Below, in pieces: positions 10,429 through 18,262 of a DNA stretch of 64,000 nucleotides. The position numbers and the translations under genes are program-made. The stretch is from Thermovirgaceae bacterium (GTDB taxonomy: Bacteria > Synergistota > Synergistia > Synergistales > Thermovirgaceae), in contig JAXGNU010000005.1 of assembly GCA_040767805.1 (NCBI GenBank), forward strand, positions 72,152-136,151, given 5' to 3'. Each line of letters starts with the position of its first letter. Position 1 is the stretch's first letter. The notes under the pieces were generated by a model. That model was not told the DNA's origin and did no database searches. It worked only from the letters and a program-made list of their open reading frames with translations.

Positions 10429-11291
10429 GGAAAGGCCTGGGGGCCCTCATACCGGGGGCGCAGGCGGAGCCCCTGCCGCCGGAAGGTGCGACGGAGGTCC
10501 TCCGCTTGAACCTTGGGGAGATAAAACCCTCGCCGAACCAGCCCAGGAAGGACTTCGACATCGAGGGCCTGGAAGCCCTGGCAGCCTCCATCAGGGAGCA
10601 CGGCGTCGTCCAGCCCGTGGTCGTCCGAAAGCTCGATGGCGGTTACGAGATCGTGGCCGGTGAGAGAAGGTGGCGCGCCGCAGGTATGGCGGGCCTTGAC
10701 GAGGTGCCCGTCCGGGTCATCGATGTGGACGAGAACAGGGTCATCGAGCTGTCCCTGGTGGAGAACCTCCAGAGGGAGGACCTCTCCCCCCTGGAGGCCG
10801 CCAAGGGTATAGGCGAGCTGGTGGATAAGTTCTCCCTCACCCAGGAACAGGCGGCCCGGAAACTGGGGTGGAGCAGGGCGGCCGTGGCCAACAAGCTGAG
10901 GCTTCTGAACCTCCCCGAGGAACTCCAGGCGATGCTCCACCGGGGGGACTTGAGCGAGGGGCACGCCAGGGCGCTGCTTTCCCTGGAGGATCCCCTGGAA
11001 CAGGTCCAGCTCGCCAGGCAGTGTGTGGACCGGGGCATGTCCGTCCGGGAGGTCGAAGAGGCCGTCCGCAAGCCCTCGGGCGGGGGGAAGTCCGGGAGGA
11101 GCCGGTCGTCCCAGTCGATCCTGGTCCCTGAGCCCCTTCTCAGGGTCTCGGAACGCTACGGCATTGATATCAGGGTCAGCGGGCGCGGGGACAACGTGAG
11201 GGTCATGCTGGGCGGGTTGAGCGAGGACGAAGCCCGCAGGCTCTTCGAAATGATAGACCGGAGCGGGGAGATACTCTTCCCCGGCAAGTGA
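10407..11291 (+). CDS. parB: ParB/Spo0J
   Basis: ALGKGLGALI, QPRKDF, AGERRWRA and ENLQREDL motifs plus HTH. Confidence 0.95.
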   Translation: MARPRALGKGLGALIPGAQAEPLPPEGATEVLRLNLGEIKPSPNQPRKDFDIEGLEALAASIREHGVVQPVVVRKLDGGYEIVAGERRWRAAGMAGLDEVPVRVIDVDENRVIELSLVENLQREDLSPLEAAKGIGELVDKFSLTQEQAARKLGWSRAAVANKLRLLNLPEELQAMLHRGDLSEGHARALLSLEDPLEQVQLARQCVDRGMSVREVEEAVRKPSGGGKSGRSRSSQSILVPEPLLRVSERYGIDIRVSGRGDNVRVMLGGLSEDEARRLFEMIDRSGEILFPGK

Positions 11292-11521
11292 AGCCGAGGG
11301 TCGCGGCGATGTCGAGGCTCACCGGGGACCTAGCCGCCTTCTCCAGGGTGCTTTCCTCGGCGCTTCTCCTCTGTGGCTTCATTATCCTCGGCGTGGTGGG
11401 CGGAAGGGCCCTGGTCACGCGGGGGTACCCCGGGTGGACACAACCGGCGGCGATCGTGGGTGGAACAGCCCTCGGCGCCTGGCAGGCCTGGGGTTTTCTG
11501 AAGGCCGGGATGAAGAGGTGA
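11288..11521 (+). CDS. small 2-TM membrane protein
   Basis: Overlaps the parB stop; two hydrophobic segments. Confidence 0.5.
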   Translation: MKPRVAAMSRLTGDLAAFSRVLSSALLLCGFIILGVVGGRALVTRGYPGWTQPAAIVGGTALGAWQAWGFLKAGMKR

Positions 11522-11534
11522 CGGGAGCGGAAGC

Positions 11535-11562
11535 CGTGAATCGTAAATCGTGAATCGTGAAT
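11535..11562 (+). repeat. 7-bp tandem repeat (CGTGAAT x4, one variant)
   Basis: CGTGAAT CGTAAAT CGTGAAT CGTGAAT. Confidence 0.8.
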
Positions 11563-11725
11563 CGGAAAGGCAAGGAGGCAGAAAACCCCGGAACTAAGAC
11601 AAAACCTAAAGGCGGGAGACGAAAGGGCAGGGTCCGGGAAGCGAAAGACCTTGAGCTGGGGTTTGCAGCCCTTGACCATTGAATCTCTCAGGCTTTTCAT
11701 TTTAAGACCGGCGGCCCGCCGCGGG

Positions 11726-11741
11726 TGTTTCACGTGAAACA
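11726..11741. promoter_or_regulatory. parS site
   Basis: Perfect TGTTTCACGTGAAACA downstream of parB. Confidence 0.92.
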
Positions 11742-11777
11742 TACACGGTCACGGCCGTCATGGAAGGGGGGGGCTCT

Positions 11778-12275
11778 TTGGACCAACTCTTCGCACCCTG
11801 GCGGATGGCCTATATCGACGGGGCCGACAAGCAGGAAGGGTGCATCTTCTGCGATTTTCCCAAGGCGAATGAAGACAGGAAGCGGCTCATCCTCGCCCGG
11901 GGGGAACTGGTTTTCGTGATACTCAACGCCTTCCCCTACAACCCCGGGCACCTCATGGTGGCCCCCTTCAGGCACGAGGGGGACTACGAGAACCTCAAGG
12001 ACGAAGAATGCCTGGAGATGCACCGCTTCGGGCAGAGGTGCGTCACCGTCCTCAAGGAAGCCATGAACCCCCAGGGCTTCAACCTGGGCATAAACATCGG
12101 CAGGACCGCCGGGGCGGGCTTCGCCGATCATGTCCATCTTCACATCGTCCCCAGGTGGAACGGGGACACCAACTTCATGCCCGTCATAGCCGGCACGAAG
12201 GTCCTGCCGGCCTCGCTGCAGGAGACCTGGGAGAGCCTGAAGAAGGTTTGGGAGGCCCATGACCGGCGGCGGTGA
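11778..12275 (+). CDS. HIT family hydrolase (Ap4A phosphorylase-like)
   Basis: LFAPWRMAYI, CIFC and HVHLHIVPRW motifs. Confidence 0.9.
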   Translation: MDQLFAPWRMAYIDGADKQEGCIFCDFPKANEDRKRLILARGELVFVILNAFPYNPGHLMVAPFRHEGDYENLKDEECLEMHRFGQRCVTVLKEAMNPQGFNLGINIGRTAGAGFADHVHLHIVPRWNGDTNFMPVIAGTKVLPASLQETWESLKKVWEAHDRRR

Positions 12276-12885
12276 ATTCTTCGAGCCGGCCACCTTCGCC
12301 GAGGTCGAAACTAGGCACAAGCGCTCCCTTTTCATTGGTAGGGTCTTTCGCGCGGGCACCGAAGAGGAAGCCCGGGAATACGTCAGAGAGATATCTCGGC
12401 GACATGCTGACGCTACGCATCACTGTTGGGCCTACAAAGTGGGCTTCCCCCAGGCGACGGAGTACTACTCCGATGCCGGCGAGCCTTCGGGGACGGCGGG
12501 CAGGCCCATCCTCGGGGCCATCCACCGGGCCGGCGTCGTCAACACGGTGGTGGTGGTCACCCGGTACTTCGGGGGGACGAAGCTGGGCGTGAGGGGCCTC
12601 ATCGAGGCCTACGGCGAGTGCGCCGCGCTGGCCCTGGCGGCGGCCGGGCGAAGGGGGCGCGTCAGGTCCAGGGAGGCTTCCCTGGAGTGCCCCTATGAGC
12701 ACGCCCGGTCGGTCCTGAAGCAGCTGGCGGACCTCGGCCTGCCAGAGAGCGCCGTGGAGACGGAGTGGGGTGCCGCGGTGACCCTCACAGCGGCGGTGCC
12801 CCTGTCCCTCGCCGACGATGCCGCTTCCCTCTTCGATAATTACGAAGAAAGAGGTTTAATTACCCGCTGGGAATGGAAAAAATAG
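12259..12885 (+). CDS. YigZ/IMPACT family protein
   Basis: ATHHCWAY, DAGEPSGTAG and VTRYFGGTKLG motifs. Confidence 0.92.
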   Translation: MTGGGEFFEPATFAEVETRHKRSLFIGRVFRAGTEEEAREYVREISRRHADATHHCWAYKVGFPQATEYYSDAGEPSGTAGRPILGAIHRAGVVNTVVVVTRYFGGTKLGVRGLIEAYGECAALALAAAGRRGRVRSREASLECPYEHARSVLKQLADLGLPESAVETEWGAAVTLTAAVPLSLADDAASLFDNYEERGLITRWEWKK

Positions 12886-12903
12886 GACTGGAGGGGATCA
12901 TCA

Positions 12904-14409
12904 GTGCAGCACACCGATGACCGTTCATCGTTCAGTGAGAAGCTGGCCCACCCCGTGAGCCGGAGCCTCCTCCGGGACGTCACCGAGGATGAACTCAGGG
13001 CCATGGCTTTCCACGAAGCCGTGCCCAACGACCAGGGAGCCTCCCTCTACGTAACGAAAATCCGCTCCAGGAGCGCGGCCTTCACCGATATCGTCTACGA
13101 GGTCGACGAGCCCCTGGTGGCGCTGCTGGAACAGGTATGGGGTTACCTCCGGTGGCAGCAGATGATCCGCGTAACGGCCAGGATAGGCTCACCGGACCGC
13201 CGGCCGATGCTGGCGAACTTCTACGTGACCCGCAGGTATGCCAGGCTGGCCCAGATGTTCGCCATGAACTTCTCCACGGAACTGGACCGGGACTATGCCG
13301 ACATAGTCACCGTGGCCGTCCCCGAGTGGCACCAGCGCAAGATCATCGTCCTCCCCAGGCAGAGGGTCACCTACATCCTGGGGAGCGACTACTACGGCGA
13401 GACCAAGATGGCCACCCTGAGGATGGTCATGCACCTGGGGCGCGAAACGATGAACGCCCTCGGCCTTCACGCCGGCAGCAAGGTCATCAGGGTGAACACC
13501 CCCAGGGGGCTGGAGGAGAAGGGAGTGCTCATCTTCGGGCTTTCCGGCACCGGCAAGACCACCATCACCACGGCCGATCACGGCCTGGAGGCGCCCGAGG
13601 GCGTGGAGGTGCTTCAGGACGATATAAACATCCTCCTCTCCAACGGCAGCGCCCTGGGTTCGGAGGCCAACTTCTACATAAAGACCGACAACGTGACGAA
13701 GCAGCCGGCTCTCCTGTGGGCCGCCCGGGACAGGAAGGCCCTCATAGAGAACTGCTGGGTGGACGATGACGACCATATCAACTTCGACGACCACGCCCTG
13801 ACGACCAACGGCAGGGCCGTCGTCCCCCGGGAGGCGATACCCAACACGTCGGGCCGGATAGACCTGGACAAGGTCGACTGCCTGCTTTTCAACATGAGGA
13901 GGTACGACACCCCGCCCATCGGGCGCCTCGTCTCGCCGGAGCAGGCCGCGGCCTACTTCATGCTGGGGGAGTCGACCATCACCAGCGCGGACGACCCCTC
14001 CAGGGTGGGCCAGGCCAAGAGAGTGGTTGGCTTCGACCCCTTCGTCATCGACAACCCCCACATCAACGGCAACAGGCTGTTGAGGATCCTGAGGGACAAC
14101 CCGGGCATCCGGTGCTACCTCCTCAACACCGGGAGGATTGGGGGCAAGGACGGGGCCAACATCACCGTCGAGGCCACCACCACGGCCGTCAGAGAAGCCA
14201 TGAGGGAGACCCTGGAGTGGCGCTACGACGATATCCTGGGTTACGAGGTACCCTCGTCGCTGCCGGTGCCCCAGGGAGGGGACCTCGACCCCTACCGGTG
14301 GTACTCCCGGGAGGAATACGCCTCCATGATCGGCGACCTTCGCAGGGAAAGAAAGGAATACCTGCAACAGTTCAAGGGCCTGGCCCCGGAGATCGTCGAC
14401 GGGGTCTGA
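12904..14409 (+). CDS. pckA: phosphoenolpyruvate carboxykinase (ATP)
   Basis: GLSGTGKTT, QDD, NGRA and YLLNTG motifs. Confidence 0.82.
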   Translation: MQHTDDRSSFSEKLAHPVSRSLLRDVTEDELRAMAFHEAVPNDQGASLYVTKIRSRSAAFTDIVYEVDEPLVALLEQVWGYLRWQQMIRVTARIGSPDRRPMLANFYVTRRYARLAQMFAMNFSTELDRDYADIVTVAVPEWHQRKIIVLPRQRVTYILGSDYYGETKMATLRMVMHLGRETMNALGLHAGSKVIRVNTPRGLEEKGVLIFGLSGTGKTTITTADHGLEAPEGVEVLQDDINILLSNGSALGSEANFYIKTDNVTKQPALLWAARDRKALIENCWVDDDDHINFDDHALTTNGRAVVPREAIPNTSGRIDLDKVDCLLFNMRRYDTPPIGRLVSPEQAAAYFMLGESTITSADDPSRVGQAKRVVGFDPFVIDNPHINGNRLLRILRDNPGIRCYLLNTGRIGGKDGANITVEATTTAVREAMRETLEWRYDDILGYEVPSSLPVPQGGDLDPYRWYSREEYASMIGDLRRERKEYLQQFKGLAPEIVDGV

Positions 14410-14433
14410 CGGGAGAACCGCCCTAAGGCCAAG

Positions 14434-15069
14434 CTAGAGCCCTTCCTGGACGGCCCTCTCCCAGGCGCTCCCGAGGTGGCAGGCCTCGCCCAGGACGAGG
14501 ACCTCCAGCCCCCGGGGCGTCTCCTCCAGGAGGGTGATGCTGCCGTTCCCGAGGCGGAACCTCCAGAAGCTGTCCAAGGGCGCGTCGAAGACCCGGCAGA
14601 GGAGGACCTTGAGGACCGCGTCGTGGGAGAAGAGGGCCAGGGTGTCCCCCGGGCCCGCCAGGATCTCCCTGAAGGCCCCCCATGCCCGGCGGGAGACCCC
14701 GTGGAGGTTCTCCCCCCCCGGCATGGTCACCTCCTCCGGCCTGGAGTGCCAGAGGGAGAGCATCCCCGGCCACAGGCTTTCCACTTCCCCGGCGGTGTGC
14801 CCCTCCCAGAGACCATGGTCTATTTCGATCAAGCCCGGGTGGGTCTCAATACCTAACCCAAGGAGGGAGGCCGCGGCCTCCGCCGTCCCGGCGGCGCGGG
14901 AGAGGGGGCTCGACACCACCCTGTCCACGGAAGAACGCAGGAGCGCCCCCGCGGCGGAGCGGGCCTGCCCCCTGCCCAGGTCGTTCAGGGGGATGTCCCT
15001 CCTGCCCTGGAAGCGCCCTTCCCGGTTCCAGTCCGTCTCGCCGTGCCTTACCAGGAAGATCCGCCTCAT
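14434..15069 (-). CDS. histidine phosphatase, probable PspA-type phosphoserine phosphatase
   Basis: LVRHGETDWN motif; last gene of the serA operon. Confidence 0.78.
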   Translation of the reverse strand: MRRIFLVRHGETDWNREGRFQGRRDIPLNDLGRGQARSAAGALLRSSVDRVVSSPLSRAAGTAEAAASLLGLGIETHPGLIEIDHGLWEGHTAGEVESLWPGMLSLWHSRPEEVTMPGGENLHGVSRRAWGAFREILAGPGDTLALFSHDAVLKVLLCRVFDAPLDSFWRFRLGNGSITLLEETPRGLEVLVLGEACHLGSAWERAVQEGL

Positions 15070-16716
15070 CTAGAGGTCCTCCGTAAAGCGGACCTTCACC
15101 GCCCAGAGCAGGTCCACATCCTTTTTCAGTTCCTCCAGGACGGGCATGGGGACGTCGTCGTCGATCTGCAGGGCCCCCACGGCCAACCCGCTCCCGTTCC
15201 TGCGCCCCAGGGCGAAGTTGGCGATGTTCGTCCCGGCTCTCCCCAGGAGGGTCCCCACCTTCCCGATCACGCCGGGGCGGTCGTGGTTGCTGAAGAGGAG
15301 TACCGTCCCCTCGGGGATGAACTCTATCCAGTAGCCCCCTATGTTGACCACCCTCTGGCGTCCCTCTTCGGTTATCGTCCCCGACACGGTGATGCCCTCC
15401 CGGGAACCGGGCGACAGGAGCTCCAGTTCGACCTGGTTGCGCCAGGTCCCGGGGCCGGTACGGCTCTCCTCGATCCTGATGCCCTTGTCCTCCGCCAGCA
15501 TCGGCGCCGACATGTAGTTCACCTCGGGACCGTGGGAGTATTCCAGGTAGCCCTTGAGCCCAGCCACAGTGAAGGGGGAGAAATGATAGGGTATTTCGAA
15601 GCACACCGGCTCGTCGGCGGGCGAGAAGAGGGGGCCCCGCAGGCTGACCTTCAGCCGCGTAGCCGGCTCCCGCGAGAGGTGCGCCGCCAGGTAACCGAGT
15701 TTGCGGGCCAGCGAAAGGAAGGCCCTGGTGCCCTCGGGGAGGGACTGCTCCACGAAAGGTAAGTTCACGGCGTTCTCGCAGGGTTTCCCCTTGAGGGCGG
15801 CCAGGAGGTTCGAGCAGGCTATGACGGCCACCGCCGACTGGGCCTCCTCGGTGTTGGCCCCGATGTGGGGCGTCAAGACCACCTTCTCACGGATATCATC
15901 GGCAAGCAGGGGGTTGTCGGGCCGCGGGGGTTCGCCGTCGTAGACGTCGATGGCGGCCCCGGCCAGGTGCCCTGAGCGCAGGGCCTCCGCGCAGGCAGCC
16001 TCGTCCACGAGCCCGCCCCTGGCGCAGTTGACCAGGTAGGCTCCCGGCCTGCAGGCTTTTATTGCCTCCCCGTCGATGATACCCCGCGTCTCGGACGTCA
16101 GGGGGACGTGCAGGGTGACCACGTCGGCCAGGGACAGGGCGCCCTTGAGGTCTTCCATCAGGCGGACGCCGGCCCTGTCGGCCTTGGCCTGGGAGACGTA
16201 GGGGTCGTAGGCGGAAACCTCCATGCCGAAAGCCCTGCACCGGGCCGCCACCTGGGTCCCTATCCTGCCCAGCCCGACGATGAGGAGCCTTTTGCCCGAG
16301 AGCTGCCTGCCCAGGAAGCGGCTCCTCTTCCACTCCCCGGAGGTCAGCGATTGAAAGGCCTGGGGTACCTTCCTTACCATGGAGAGCATCACGGCCATGG
16401 TGTGTTCCGTCGCCGCCAAGGTGTTCCCCGTGGGCGCGTTTATGACCACGACGCCCCTGCGGCTAGCTTCGGCCAGGTCGATGTTGTCCAGCCCTACGCC
16501 GGCCCTCGCCGCAGCCCGCAGCCTTTTCGCGGCGTCCAGGATCTCGGGGTCGAGGGGGGTCCCGCTCCGGGTGATCATCCCGTCCACGTCCCCCACCTCC
16601 GCGAGGAGTTCCTCCCGGGAGAGGCCCGTTTTGACGAGCAACTGCACCTCCGGGTCCTGCCGAAGTACATCCAGCCCAGCCTCGGAGATATTTTCCGTTA
16701 CCAGTACCTTCAGCAT
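15070..16716 (-). CDS. serA: D-3-phosphoglycerate dehydrogenase with ASB and ACT domains
   Basis: RAGVGLDNID, GLGRIG, NCARGG and TPHIGANT motifs; C-terminal NHDRPGVIG. ATG at 16716. Confidence 0.93.
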   Translation of the reverse strand: MLKVLVTENISEAGLDVLRQDPEVQLLVKTGLSREELLAEVGDVDGMITRSGTPLDPEILDAAKRLRAAARAGVGLDNIDLAEASRRGVVVINAPTGNTLAATEHTMAVMLSMVRKVPQAFQSLTSGEWKRSRFLGRQLSGKRLLIVGLGRIGTQVAARCRAFGMEVSAYDPYVSQAKADRAGVRLMEDLKGALSLADVVTLHVPLTSETRGIIDGEAIKACRPGAYLVNCARGGLVDEAACAEALRSGHLAGAAIDVYDGEPPRPDNPLLADDIREKVVLTPHIGANTEEAQSAVAVIACSNLLAALKGKPCENAVNLPFVEQSLPEGTRAFLSLARKLGYLAAHLSREPATRLKVSLRGPLFSPADEPVCFEIPYHFSPFTVAGLKGYLEYSHGPEVNYMSAPMLAEDKGIRIEESRTGPGTWRNQVELELLSPGSREGITVSGTITEEGRQRVVNIGGYWIEFIPEGTVLLFSNHDRPGVIGKVGTLLGRAGTNIANFALGRRNGSGLAVGALQIDDDVPMPVLEELKKDVDLLWAVKVRFTEDL

Positions 16717-17861
16717 GACCGATCCCCTTCCCTTTCCCACGTCTTGAAGGCTTTGTCCAGAAAACCGCCCCCCGCGTCGATGCCGCATTCCCTGGCTGCG
16801 CCGAAGACTCCGCCGGCCAGGAGGCATACCTCCGGCCACCCACCGGGGTTGTAGTGGGCGATCCGCAGGGTGCCGCCGCCCCTTCCCTGCCCCTCGGCGA
16901 CGGTGATGCCCATATCTTCGAGGGCCTTCTTCATGGGCCGCTCTTTCCCTGAGGGCACCTCGAGGGCGGTCATGACGGGCGATCGGTACTCCCTTTCCCT
17001 CACGAAAAGTTCGAAACCCATCGCCTCGCAGGCGGCCTCGAAGGAGCGAGCCTTCCTGCGCGTCCTGTCGGCCCAGGCGTCCCATCCGAAGCCCTCGAGA
17101 AGGCGGAGCGACTCGGCCAGTCCGTAAAAGACGCTCACGGGAGGAGTGAAGGGGTTCTGGGGCCTCCCCTTTTTCAGGAATCTCCTGTGGAGGGTCAGGT
17201 CGAAGAAGTATGAGGGGCAGGCCCCCTTGGCGGCCCTTTCCCAACCCCGTTCCGAGAGGTGGACCAGGGCAAGGCCGGGGGGAGCGAGAAGCCCCTTCTG
17301 GGAGCAGGAGGCGAGGCCGTCGATCCCCCACTTCGAGGGGCGGCAGGTCATGGCTCCGAGGGAGCTCACGGCGTCGACCAGCACAAGCGGTCCGTCGGCG
17401 GGGACCTCCGCCAGGAGTTCTTCCAGGGGGTTGACCACGCCCGTGGAAGTCTCGTGGTGGGTGAAAAGTAGTGCATCAGCCCCGGGATATCTTTCCAGGG
17501 CTTCCCTGACGTGCCCTCTCGTGAATCCCTCGCCCCGGGGTGCGTCAAGGGCGTGGATCTTGGCGCCTCTCCTCGATGCGATCTCCCGGAAACGGTCCCC
17601 GAAGGTCCCGCAGGAGAAGGAGATCACCTCGTCGTCGGGCGACAACAGGTTGGCCGTCAGGGTTTCCAGGGCCCCTGTGCCGGAACCCGGAAGGATGACC
17701 ACGGGTTCCTCGACGTCCAGGAGTCTTTCAAGGCGGCCCGTTACTTCCTCCAGCAGGTCGGACCATTCCTCGCTCCGATGGCTGATCATGGGCCCGGCCG
17801 CCGCCCTCCTGACGGAAAAGGGCACGTCCACCGGCCCGGGAGTGTACAGGTATCGCGTCAT
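16710..17861 (-). CDS. class V aminotransferase, probable phosphoserine aminotransferase
   Basis: TPGPV, HETSTGV, DAVSS and SQKGL motifs; coupled to serA. Confidence 0.8.
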   Translation of the reverse strand: MTRYLYTPGPVDVPFSVRRAAAGPMISHRSEEWSDLLEEVTGRLERLLDVEEPVVILPGSGTGALETLTANLLSPDDEVISFSCGTFGDRFREIASRRGAKIHALDAPRGEGFTRGHVREALERYPGADALLFTHHETSTGVVNPLEELLAEVPADGPLVLVDAVSSLGAMTCRPSKWGIDGLASCSQKGLLAPPGLALVHLSERGWERAAKGACPSYFFDLTLHRRFLKKGRPQNPFTPPVSVFYGLAESLRLLEGFGWDAWADRTRRKARSFEAACEAMGFELFVREREYRSPVMTALEVPSGKERPMKKALEDMGITVAEGQGRGGGTLRIAHYNPGGWPEVCLLAGGVFGAARECGIDAGGGFLDKAFKTWEREGDRSC

Positions 17862-17881
17862 GGGATCCCCTCCTCGTAGAT

Positions 17882-17913
17882 AAAAAAGGCCGGGAGAACA
17901 CTTCTCCCGGCCT
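17882..17913 (-). terminator. attenuator terminator in ser operon leader
   Basis: AGGCCGGGAGAA-GTG-TTCTCCCGGCCT followed by TTTTT, about 20 nt before the first start codon. Confidence 0.85.
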
Positions 17914-17957
17914 GTATCTCCCTGAAACGCTGTGTTTTTTCCCCAGTTGTCCTGGGT

Positions 17958-18071
17958 CTACCGCGGTCCTCCCCCTGCCGGCAAAGAGAGGCCTGCCCTT
18001 CCGGGCCAACCGGAAGAGGAGCTGGAAGAAGAGCTACCGGCCTTGCCGACAAAAAGGTAAACCTCGATCAA
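17958..18071 (-). CDS. putative ser operon leader peptide, 37 aa, MIEVYLFVGKAGSSSSSSSSGWPGRAGLSLPAGGGPR
   Basis: TTG start after GGGGAAG. Eight consecutive mixed Ser codons at 18012-18035. Lies between a promoter and a terminator. Confidence 0.75.
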   Translation of the reverse strand: MIEVYLFVGKAGSSSSSSSSGWPGRAGLSLPAGGGPR

Positions 18072-18104
18072 GAGAAAACACTTCCCCGTGAAAACATTGT
18101 CCGA

Positions 18105-18133
18105 TTTATACCACGAGAGCGTTCAAAGGTAAA
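18105..18133 (-). promoter_or_regulatory. sigma70-like promoter of ser operon
   Basis: TTTACC-17 bp-TATAAA with extended TG. Confidence 0.55.
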
Positions 18134-18262
18134 TAGCCGCCCCGGGCCCCGGGCGGCGCCTCTTGTTTGACGTATGCGTCTGCAGCCTCTACGATGATGC
18201 CTCAAATAGACCCTCCAAGGGGCTCGATCTTTAACGGGAAAACGCGAAGGGAGATGTAGAAA

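Noticed and set aside
15070..17331. 753-aa serA ORF and other long overlapping or antisense ORFs in the track
   Set aside because: These are GC-rich shadow frames; the real serA start is 16716, coupled to the upstream gene.
18080..18097. Third parS-like site (ACTTCCCCGTGAAAACA)
   Set aside because: Several mismatches and not palindromic.
17870..18110. T-box riboswitch for the ser operon
   Set aside because: No GGTGGnACC T-box motif seen; the Ser-rich uORF explains the leader better.
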